Assembly (NCBI GenBank): GCA_047947115.1
Contig: CP170459.1
Span: 2,784,001-2,848,000, forward strand
Origin: Verrucomicrobiota bacterium
GTDB taxonomy: Bacteria; Verrucomicrobiota; Verrucomicrobiia; Limisphaerales; AAA164-E04
Direction: 5' to 3'
Length of the DNA stretch: 64,000 nucleotides
The translations under genes and the position numbers were made by a program. Under the pieces are notes generated by a model. The model saw only the letters and a list, made by a program, of their open reading frames with translations, did no database searches and was not told the origin of the DNA. How positions within the stretch are numbered: position 1 is the stretch's first letter; the number at the start of each line of letters is the position of its first letter. Shown here piece after piece: positions 55,988-64,000 of this stretch.

Positions 55988-57933
55988 GCAACACTTCCAG
56001 ACCAGACCGTGTGGTTCCGGTGCAGCCTTTACAACTGCAGCGGATGTTGACATTTACTGTGTTGTTGATGGTTGGTTTTGCCGTGGTGATTGGACGCTTG
56101 ATCTATCTCCAGGCGGTTCGTCATGAATATTACCTTGCCAAGGCTCAGGAGAAAACACGACGGATCTACCTCCGGGAATCCGAGCGTGGCAAGATCATGG
56201 ATCGACAGGGAGTGCTGTTGGCCACCAATCAACGCATTCGTATTCTCTGTGCCAATCTCGCTTATATTGATCGCTACAATGACAAGATGGCGCGCGCCAT
56301 TGCCGAATATTTGGAGCACAAAGGGGTGACCGAAGAGGGGATTCGACAGAGGTTGGAGCTGAACTATGTCACGGTGAAGGACAAGAGCGTTCTGGATCCG
56401 CATGTGCGACTTCGAGTCAAGGTCACCGATGAGGAATACAACGGACTCAAGGATTACATCGCCCAGTATCCCTTCAACGAACATCCCGAATTGCTTCCGG
56501 AGTCCGAGCAGGATTTCGTGAAGCAAATGAAGCGGTGGGCTGTGTTTGTCGAACCGGTGGATGATTTCAAGCGCTTGTATCCCAATGGAACCATGGCGGC
56601 TCATACTCTGGGATTCACCCAATCCCGTGAAGAAGTATGGAGCGGGCGAACGGTGTTTTTGACCAAGGGTATTGAGGGGATCGAGCGCACCTGTGACGAA
56701 TGGTTGCGGGGCGCCATTGGATGGCGCGAGACCGAGCGTGCTCCAGGTGTTGGTGAGTTGAGGGAATACCGTTACCGCGATTTGTCCCCACGATCGGGGA
56801 TGAATGTGGTACTGACGCTGGATGCAGGCATTCAGGCCATTGTTGAAGAGGAATTGGCCACGGGTGTCGAAACCTCGAAACCCATGAGCGCCACCGTTAT
56901 TGTGGTACGACCTCAGACGGGTGAAATTTTGGGAATGGCCAGTTACCCCACCTTCAATCCCAACAAACCGGTGACCGCCATCAATAACGGGGATGCTTCC
57001 AAAAACCGTGCGATCATGGACCAGTTCGAGCCCGGCAGTACCTTTAAAATCGTCTCGATTGCCTCGGCATTGAGCGAGGGGACTTCCCGTCTGAACGACA
57101 CGGTTTATTGTGAAAATGGTCAATTCAGCAATGGAAAATGGAGGCTTACAGATGATCACAGCTATGGAAACCTGTCTGTGATGGAAGTTCTGGCCAAGTC
57201 CAGCAACATCGGCACTTACAAGGTGATCCGTGAGGTGGGGTCTCAGCGATTCTTTGACTACATCCGGGGATTTGGCTTCGGGCAGCCGACGGGCATTCAG
57301 TTGCCGGGGGAACTCGGCGGGAAAGTGCATCATGTGAACGATTGGAGGGATGTGACCATGTCCCGAGTGGCCATCGGTTACACCATTTCCGTCACGCCGC
57401 TGCAGATCACCATGGCGATGGCAGCCATTGCCAATGGGGGGCGACTAATGCAACCGATGATCATTGACCGGATTGAATACCCTGATGGTCGAACCATGAC
57501 GAAGTATGACCCGCATTTGGTTCGTCAGGTCATGACCGAGCAATCCACTCTGGACATTACAAAAGCACTTTCCCAGGTGGTGAGTGATCAGGGGACGGCG
57601 CGTCGGGCCGAGCTTGAAAAGTATACGGTGGCTGGCAAAACCGGAACCGCCCGAAAAATTGTCAATGGTCGTTATACGCACTCAAAACACTTGGCATCCT
57701 TCGTCGGATTTCTGCCGGCGGAAGCTCCCGAGATCTGTATATCGGTGATGTTTAACGAACCAGAAGGACGCGGATATGGGGGGATCCATTCTGCTCCGGT
57801 GTTCAAACTGATTGCCGAGCGTGTGGCCAATTATCTGAACCTCAAACCCAGCGAATGGTATATGCCTGCGGAGGAAATGCCCGAGGATTTGATTGTTCAA
57901 ACCAGGGTCATGCCCGTTCATTTTCAACCATGA
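55984..57933 (+). CDS. ftsI: Class B penicillin-binding protein (FtsI/PBP3)
   Basis: RGKIMDR, EPGSTFK (SxxK), SSN and KTGT motifs; dcw position. Confidence 0.92.
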   Translation: MSNTSRPDRVVPVQPLQLQRMLTFTVLLMVGFAVVIGRLIYLQAVRHEYYLAKAQEKTRRIYLRESERGKIMDRQGVLLATNQRIRILCANLAYIDRYNDKMARAIAEYLEHKGVTEEGIRQRLELNYVTVKDKSVLDPHVRLRVKVTDEEYNGLKDYIAQYPFNEHPELLPESEQDFVKQMKRWAVFVEPVDDFKRLYPNGTMAAHTLGFTQSREEVWSGRTVFLTKGIEGIERTCDEWLRGAIGWRETERAPGVGELREYRYRDLSPRSGMNVVLTLDAGIQAIVEEELATGVETSKPMSATVIVVRPQTGEILGMASYPTFNPNKPVTAINNGDASKNRAIMDQFEPGSTFKIVSIASALSEGTSRLNDTVYCENGQFSNGKWRLTDDHSYGNLSVMEVLAKSSNIGTYKVIREVGSQRFFDYIRGFGFGQPTGIQLPGELGGKVHHVNDWRDVTMSRVAIGYTISVTPLQITMAMAAIANGGRLMQPMIIDRIEYPDGRTMTKYDPHLVRQVMTEQSTLDITKALSQVVSDQGTARRAELEKYTVAGKTGTARKIVNGRYTHSKHLASFVGFLPAEAPEICISVMFNEPEGRGYGGIHSAPVFKLIAERVANYLNLKPSEWYMPAEEMPEDLIVQTRVMPVHFQP

Positions 57934-57949
57934 TGAGGAGGACCACGAC

Positions 57950-59488
57950 ATGTATAAAGTTTTGGAATCGTTGCTCGCCGTCCTGTCTCATGTGGAAGTA
58001 ATCGGGAAACCCCAGGGAGTCATTACCGATATCACTCAGGATTCAAGAACCGTGACTCCTGGTTCACTTTTCATTGCCCTCCCAGGTCATTCCCATAATG
58101 GTCATGATTTTATTTTTTCCGCTTTGGAACGTGGGGCGGCTGCCATCGTGGTTGAAAGCCATGAGTTTGTCATTGAGAACTGGGTCCGTAAAGTCCCGTT
58201 CATTGTCGTGGAAGACGCCCGGGAGGCCACTGCGGCCATTGCGGCCTGGTATTTTGACAACCCTGCCAGAAAATTGAAAATGGTGGGCATCACGGGTACC
58301 AATGGCAAAACATCCGTGGCGTTCATGGTCAGTCATCTGATGCGTTGTGCCGGTCAAAAAGTGGGAATGATAGGGACTGTGCGTTATGAAATAGGGGACC
58401 GTCAGATACCCGCTGCACGCACGACCCCGGATGCGATTCAGCTGAATCGTCTGCTGCATGAAATGGTGGGAGCCGGATGCGATACATGTGTGATGGAAGT
58501 CAGTTCGCATGCCATCGACCAGAAACGGGTTCTGGGGATACCTTTTCGGATCATGGTGTTTACCAATTTGACAAGGGATCATCTGGACTATCACCAGGAC
58601 CTTGAAGCCTATTTTGAAACCAAAAAAATGCTTCTGGATGGTTCGGTGGGCACCGCTGCGTCGGCCCTTCGCATTGTTAACACGGATGACTCCTTTGGGC
58701 GGCGATTGATGGCGCAATTGGGTGGCAGACGTGTCAGGACTTTTGGACAGGAACAATCGTTTCAGCCTGATCTGCTCGCCAGTGAAACGGATTTGGCGGC
58801 GGGTTACACCCGGTTTCGGCTCCTTGGCGCCGCCCGTGAACCGTTGACCTGTCTGGCTCCACTGATCGGGCGCCATAATGTTTCCAATATGCTGGCAGCT
58901 GCGGGGGTTGTATTTGAACTCGGTTTGACGCCAGAAGCTTTCAAGATTGGGTTGTCGACCATGCCCGCTGTTCCGGGACGATTGGAACCCGTACATTGCG
59001 GGCAGCCATTTTCGGTGTTCATTGATTACGCCCATACGGAAGATGCATTGTACCATGTGCTGACCACCATGCGTCCATTGACCCGGGAAAAGTTGCATTG
59101 CGTGTTTGGATGCGGCGGAAACCGTGATCTGGGTAAACGATCCCGCATGGGAATCGTTGCCGCTCAGTGGGCCGACCGGACCTGGATTACCAGCGATAAC
59201 CCGCGAAAAGAGGATCCGGAGTTGATCGCCAGAGATATTGAATCCGGGTACCATTCGATTCGCAGGGAAGGTTCGCGTATCATCATGGATCGACGAGAAG
59301 CGATCGAAACCGCGTTGAGTGCTGCTGAACCCGGGGATGTGGTGTTGATAGCCGGTAAGGGACATGAGACGTATCAGGAATTTGCTGACACCGTCGTTCC
59401 GTTTGATGATCGAATTGCGGCCGCCGACATGTTGATATCGATGGGGTATGCATCTCCAGAAGCTGTCGAGGAAAGGAGAGCGAGCTGA
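57950..59488 (+). CDS. murE: UDP-MurNAc-dipeptide:meso-DAP ligase
   Basis: GITGTNGKTS, MEVSSH, DHLDYH, DYAHT, DNPR (DAP-specific) and AGKGHE motifs; GAGGAGG SD. Confidence 0.97.
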   Translation: MYKVLESLLAVLSHVEVIGKPQGVITDITQDSRTVTPGSLFIALPGHSHNGHDFIFSALERGAAAIVVESHEFVIENWVRKVPFIVVEDAREATAAIAAWYFDNPARKLKMVGITGTNGKTSVAFMVSHLMRCAGQKVGMIGTVRYEIGDRQIPAARTTPDAIQLNRLLHEMVGAGCDTCVMEVSSHAIDQKRVLGIPFRIMVFTNLTRDHLDYHQDLEAYFETKKMLLDGSVGTAASALRIVNTDDSFGRRLMAQLGGRRVRTFGQEQSFQPDLLASETDLAAGYTRFRLLGAAREPLTCLAPLIGRHNVSNMLAAAGVVFELGLTPEAFKIGLSTMPAVPGRLEPVHCGQPFSVFIDYAHTEDALYHVLTTMRPLTREKLHCVFGCGGNRDLGKRSRMGIVAAQWADRTWITSDNPRKEDPELIARDIESGYHSIRREGSRIIMDRREAIETALSAAEPGDVVLIAGKGHETYQEFADTVVPFDDRIAAADMLISMGYASPEAVEERRAS

Positions 59489-59490
59489 TC

Positions 59491-61002
59491 ATGATTTCAT
59501 TTTCCTTACGCGACGCATCCCTGGCCTGTGGCGGAGTTCTGGCCGGTATTGGGGAAGACACATTGGTCCGGGGGTTTTCCACGGATTCCAGAAAAGTGCA
59601 CCCGGGGGATCTCTTTTTCGCGCTGCAAGGGGATCGCTTCGATGCGCACCAATTCCTGACACCGGAATGGTTGGAAAGGGGTGCTTGTTGTGTGGTTACT
59701 CCGGAGTTGTTACCGGTTGGTCTGCCTGATTTTCCCCGTGTGGAGGTTCCCGATGTCCGCAAGGCGTTGGGGCGGGTGGCCCAAGTGTATCGTCGGCGGT
59801 TCAATGTGCCGGTCATAGGGATTACCGGTTCCAATGGCAAGACATCCACCAAGGCCCTGTTGAAAGCAGCCATGTCTGAGGACCGAGCCGTATTGGCCAG
59901 TCCAGCGAGTTTCAACAATGATGTGGGTGTACCCTTGACACTTTTGGAGATGGACCCGGCGCATGAGGCTGCCATCCTTGAAATTGGTACCAACCATCCA
60001 GGTGAAATCGCCCATCTCACCCGCATGGTGGAGCCAACCATGGGGGTCATCACTTCGATCGGGGGAAGTCATGTCGGGCATTTTGGTTCGGTGGATGCCA
60101 TTGCAGAGGAGAAGGGGTGGCTGGCTGAACTTCTTCCTGCCAACGGCACCTTGTTTCTCAATGCCGACTCTCCCTGGTCTGAGTCTTGCGCGCGACGTGC
60201 TTCCGCGAAAGTCATCCGTGTTGGGTTTTCCGATTCGGCTGATTGGCGTCTGGATGCCTGTGATGTGCAATCGGACCGGACCTGTTGCTCAATCCGCAAT
60301 CGGGCAGGTGATGTTCAAACGAAATTTCAGATTCCGGTTCCCGGGCGTCATCAGGCTATCAATGCCGGATTGGCCTTTGCGGCTGCGTTTCAGAATGGGG
60401 TTTCAGTGGAGCACATTGTTCAAGGATTGCGGTCGGCTGAAATGCCTTCCATGCGGATGCAAGCCATGACCAATGACCGGTTCACCGTCTGGAATGATGC
60501 TTACAATGCCAACGAAGATTCCGTGGTTGCCGCCATGGATACGTTCGCGGCCGTTTCCGCCAAAGCTTCGCGGAAGGTGATGGTTCTCGGGGAGTTGAAC
60601 GAGCTGGGGGATCATGCGGAGGGCGTTTATCAACGATTGGCCGTGGCTGCCTCCAGGTATGGTTTTGATTTGTTGGTCGGGATTGGTCACGGACCTGATC
60701 AGTGGGTGGATCAGCTCCATCAGAAGCATGGCTCATGCTGTTTGTCCTATGAACATGTTGAGGAAGCCATCGAAAAGCTCCCTTCACACCTGGTTCCTGG
60801 CGATCATCTATTGATCAAAGCCTCACGAGGTGCTCGGCTTGAACGGCTGGCGGAAACCTTACTGGCAGACCATGAAGATTCCAAAGTGGGTGGTGAAACG
60901 AAGAAACTGCCCCATGATCCAACATCGGGAATGAGCGGTCCGTCGGTTCGCAAGGTCCTTGCTGGAGCTGTTTCCGCAAGTTTGGGAGGGATGATATCAT
61001 GA
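59491..61002 (+). CDS. murF: UDP-MurNAc-tripeptide:D-Ala-D-Ala ligase
   Basis: GITGSNGKTSTK, NNDVGVP, EIGTNHPGEI, DAYNAN and KASRG motifs. Confidence 0.96.
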   Translation: MISFSLRDASLACGGVLAGIGEDTLVRGFSTDSRKVHPGDLFFALQGDRFDAHQFLTPEWLERGACCVVTPELLPVGLPDFPRVEVPDVRKALGRVAQVYRRRFNVPVIGITGSNGKTSTKALLKAAMSEDRAVLASPASFNNDVGVPLTLLEMDPAHEAAILEIGTNHPGEIAHLTRMVEPTMGVITSIGGSHVGHFGSVDAIAEEKGWLAELLPANGTLFLNADSPWSESCARRASAKVIRVGFSDSADWRLDACDVQSDRTCCSIRNRAGDVQTKFQIPVPGRHQAINAGLAFAAAFQNGVSVEHIVQGLRSAEMPSMRMQAMTNDRFTVWNDAYNANEDSVVAAMDTFAAVSAKASRKVMVLGELNELGDHAEGVYQRLAVAASRYGFDLLVGIGHGPDQWVDQLHQKHGSCCLSYEHVEEAIEKLPSHLVPGDHLLIKASRGARLERLAETLLADHEDSKVGGETKKLPHDPTSGMSGPSVRKVLAGAVSASLGGMIS

Positions 61003-62144
61003 TTTACTACCTGCATGAATTGATTTTGGAGTGGATTCAAGGAACTTCCTTGGAGGATCCCTTGTCCGGCGTGCGTGTGTTTCGCTATATCTCTGTCCGC
61101 GGTATTGGTGCGGCCATCACTGCTTTGGTGTTTTGCTGGGTGCTTGGGCCGAGGGTGATCGCCTGGTTGAAAGATTTGAAATTTCGTCAGTTCTATGACG
61201 ATAAATCCCAACAGGCAGGTGGAGTCGTGCGGGTTACGGACAAAAAAGGAACGCCCACGATGGGGGGCATCCTGATTGTGTTGTCCATGGATCTGGCTGT
61301 CATTCTTTGGGCCCAATTGAATACCATGATTTTGTTGTGCCTGCTCTCTTTGATCGTTCTTTCGGCACTCGGGTTCTATGACGACTACGTCAAAATTACC
61401 CGGCAGGACGGGGAAGGTGTTGCGTCCAAGGTAAAGTTATGGGTCCAGCTCATTCTTGGATGCTCCGTTGCGGGGTATTTGTGGTACGTTCCTGAAACAC
61501 GCCCGTTGATCGAAGATCTCATGATACCTTTCATCAAAACTCCCGTGTTGCAGGGGGTGGCTCTTGTTGGGTTTGGTATCACTTTACTGGCGATCATGGG
61601 CAGTTCCAATGCCGTGAATCTGACGGATGGGCTGGACGGATTGGCGATCGGATGCACCATCATTGTGACAGGTGTTTTTGTGGCGTTGACCTACATCGCA
61701 GGTAATATCAAGTGGGCTACCTACTTGCAGGTGCCTTACGTGCCGGGAGCGGCAGAATTAACGGTGTTTTGTGCCGCCATGCTGGGGGCTTCCGTGGGGT
61801 TTCTCTGGTATAACTGCCATCCCGCCCAGGTTTTTATGGGGGACACCGGATCACTCGCTTTGGGGGGAGCACTTGGAATCATGGCAGTTTTGATCCATCA
61901 ACCCCTGATCCTGGTCATTGCCGGTGGGGTGTTTGTGATGGAAGCCGTCTCGGTCATCATGCAGGTGAGCTATTTCAAATACCACAAACGACGAACAGGC
62001 GTTGGTAAACGCATCTTTTTGAGAACTCCCGTTCATCACCATTTCGAGCAATTGGGTTGGCAGGAAACGCAGGTAGTGACCCGTTTTTATATTTTAACCG
62101 GGCTGTTTGCGTGTCTGGCCTTGTTGACGTTGAAAATCCGATGA
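60999..62144 (+). CDS. mraY: Phospho-N-acetylmuramoyl-pentapeptide transferase
   Basis: KKGTPTMGG, DDY, NAVNLTDGLDGLA, FMGDTGS and HHHFE motifs. Confidence 0.98.
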   Translation: MIYYLHELILEWIQGTSLEDPLSGVRVFRYISVRGIGAAITALVFCWVLGPRVIAWLKDLKFRQFYDDKSQQAGGVVRVTDKKGTPTMGGILIVLSMDLAVILWAQLNTMILLCLLSLIVLSALGFYDDYVKITRQDGEGVASKVKLWVQLILGCSVAGYLWYVPETRPLIEDLMIPFIKTPVLQGVALVGFGITLLAIMGSSNAVNLTDGLDGLAIGCTIIVTGVFVALTYIAGNIKWATYLQVPYVPGAAELTVFCAAMLGASVGFLWYNCHPAQVFMGDTGSLALGGALGIMAVLIHQPLILVIAGGVFVMEAVSVIMQVSYFKYHKRRTGVGKRIFLRTPVHHHFEQLGWQETQVVTRFYILTGLFACLALLTLKIR

Positions 62145-62173
62145 ATCATGGGGAGAGATCACTCTAAATAAAA

Positions 62174-63628
62174 ATGGCTGATTGGAAGGAAAAGAAAGTA
62201 TTGGTGATGGGCCTCGGCAAAAGCGGGGCGGCTGCTTCTTCATACCTCGCTGACCGGGGGGCGACTGTCTGCGCGATAGACTCACAGTCCAATGCCGATC
62301 TGGAACGTGTCTCCCACGACCTCGAATCCAGGGGGATAGAGGTCCGTTTGGGAGCAAATATTCTTCCGGACTCTGCATTCGACTTGGCGGTGGTCAGTCC
62401 GGGGGTGCCGCTTGATGTGCCCTTGATGCAGAAGATGGCAGAGCGCAAGATCCCGGTCATTGGTGAACTTGAATTGGGATTTCAGGAATCAAAATGCCTG
62501 AACATCGCCATAACCGGTACCAATGGCAAAACGACAACAACCCACCTCATCAAGGATATACTGGCTTCCGGTCAACGAAACACAGAAATTGCCGGAAATG
62601 TCGGGGTGCCGATCAGTTCACTGATCAAATCCACCAAAGGACTGGACTTTTTGACGCTTGAGGTCAGCTCGTTCCAGTTGGAAACCATTCGATATTTCCG
62701 TCCGGCCATCGGAGTTCTGCTCAACCTGGCTTCCGATCACCAGGATCGTCATGAATCCTATGACGAATACTGCCGAATCAAGGCCCGTCTCTTTGAGAAT
62801 CAACTGTCCCATGACTGGGCGATCATTCAAAGTGAAGCCCTTGCCAAACTTCGGTCACTGGGGGTAAAGATACCTGGCAAAGTGATTACATTCAGCGCGG
62901 AAAGTCGCCAGGCCGATGTGTTTTTGGACCGGGGATTGTTGATCAGTCGAATGGACGGATGGGCGGGCCCTCTGCTGAATCTTGCGGATTGCCGGGTCAG
63001 TGGGCCTCACAACGCAGAGAACATTATGGCTGCGTTGTTGGTAGGACGGGTGTTGCGGATTCCTCTGGAGGCCATGAAGGCAGCCGTACATTCATTTTCC
63101 GCTCCGCCACATCGTTGTGAACAGGTGGGGGAGATCAATGGGGTAAGATTCATCAACGATTCAAAAGCCACCAATCCACATGCCACCGTCCAGGCCTTGC
63201 GGTCGATGAAAGCAGAACGCAACGGAGAGCCCAATGTATGGCTGATTGCCGGAGGAGATGACAAAGGACTTCAGTTTCATGATCTTGGACCACTTATTTC
63301 ACAGAAGGTGAAGGGGGCTTTCCTGATCGGCAAAGCGCGTGAACAATTAAGTGCCGCCTGGAGTTTATTTGCCCCTTGTCAATATTGTGATGATCTTGTA
63401 CAAGCTGTCACTGAAGCAGCAAGAAAAGCCTTACCTTCTGACGTCGTATTATTATCACCTGCGTGCTCCAGTTTGGATATGTTTCGTAATTACGAGCATC
63501 GCGGGGAGGTGTTTCGAAAAGTCGTAAATCAGTTGAGCGCCACAGGAGCCCTTGACAAGCATGCCGGCTCCGCGAGCAACGCCGTAAACCCAGAAACAGA
63601 CAACCGATCTTCAGCGAAAGCAAGTTGA
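62174..63628 (+). CDS. murD: UDP-MurNAc-L-Ala:D-Glu ligase
   Basis: GLGKSG, ITGTNGKTTTT, EVSSFQL, NDSKATN and LLSPACSSLD motifs. Confidence 0.97.
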   Translation: MADWKEKKVLVMGLGKSGAAASSYLADRGATVCAIDSQSNADLERVSHDLESRGIEVRLGANILPDSAFDLAVVSPGVPLDVPLMQKMAERKIPVIGELELGFQESKCLNIAITGTNGKTTTTHLIKDILASGQRNTEIAGNVGVPISSLIKSTKGLDFLTLEVSSFQLETIRYFRPAIGVLLNLASDHQDRHESYDEYCRIKARLFENQLSHDWAIIQSEALAKLRSLGVKIPGKVITFSAESRQADVFLDRGLLISRMDGWAGPLLNLADCRVSGPHNAENIMAALLVGRVLRIPLEAMKAAVHSFSAPPHRCEQVGEINGVRFINDSKATNPHATVQALRSMKAERNGEPNVWLIAGGDDKGLQFHDLGPLISQKVKGAFLIGKAREQLSAAWSLFAPCQYCDDLVQAVTEAARKALPSDVVLLSPACSSLDMFRNYEHRGEVFRKVVNQLSATGALDKHAGSASNAVNPETDNRSSAKAS

Positions 63629-63708
63629 AGTGAATTGCCGTATTCAGATTTGAATTTGTTACAGATTTTACCAGCGCAAAATTAGAATTGTGATACATTA
63701 AAGTTCCC

Positions 63709-64000
63709 ATGAAAGACCATAGTCCGCTCATTCCATCCGGCTCCGCTTTGGAGCAGTTGCAGCGCCGTAAGACAAAGGTGCTGTCGACCGTATTTGTCAT
63801 TGTTGCCGCACACGTGTTGCCTATCACCGGTCTGCTGCTGATGCAGGGGTGCAAACCCGATGGCCAGGCGGTGGCCAAGAATGATGCCGAAGACACCACT
63901 ACGACCAATGAAGAACAGAAAGCTCCTGTTACTGACGATGAATTGTATGGAGAGTTTGCGTTGCAGAATAATAAAATCACCATGCCCATACAGGACGTGA
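63709..64000 (+). CDS. N-terminus of a membrane-anchored protein, probably the LysM protein of verrucomicrobial dcw clusters (partial)
   Basis: Manual translation MKDHSPLIPSGSALEQ...VFVIVAAHVLPITGLLLMQGCK..., open to the window end; the LysM domain itself is not visible. Confidence 0.65.
   Translation, partial: MKDHSPLIPSGSALEQLQRRKTKVLSTVFVIVAAHVLPITGLLLMQGCKPDGQAVAKNDAEDTTTTNEEQKAPVTDDELYGEFALQNNKITMPIQDV

Noticed and set aside
1..64000. tRNA, rRNA or known riboswitch
   Set aside because: None was recognised by eye in the intergenic regions; a tRNAscan/Rfam run would be needed to exclude them fully.

Overview
64 kb of bacterial chromosome, most likely Verrucomicrobiota (Pedosphaerales-like). 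This is an inference from the short AtpH, the PVC-type CxxCH dehydrogenase, the prepilin/H-X9-DG protein, the many ASPIC/UnbV proteins and the LysM-type gene after murD. Housekeeping blocks are hisI, a partial atp operon (atpB-E-F-H-A-G, no atpD/atpC), shc plus an hpnG-like gene, queA and the start of the dcw cluster. Accessory content: a VapBC-type TA cassette bracketed by a duplicated gene 3' end, a cluster of secreted FG-GAP/ASPIC and repeat proteins, a decayed type I R-M locus, a complete ISL3 element with an 8-bp TSD, an interrupted M6-like protein and a putative periplasmic aldose-oxidation operon. The most striking pattern occurs at three junctions between convergent genes (~17.4-17.7, 31.6-32.1 and 40.2-40.6 kb). 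At each, both genes run into inward-facing tandem arrays of the heptamer GAATGGT. These arrays overlap or supply the stop codons, and three unrelated proteins end in -VNGEW. The arrays enclose a cargo: a four-helix-bundle (TIGR02436/IVS-protein-like) gene at one site and GTAG-type REPIN-like elements at the other two. All calls come from reading the sequence; no database searches were run.
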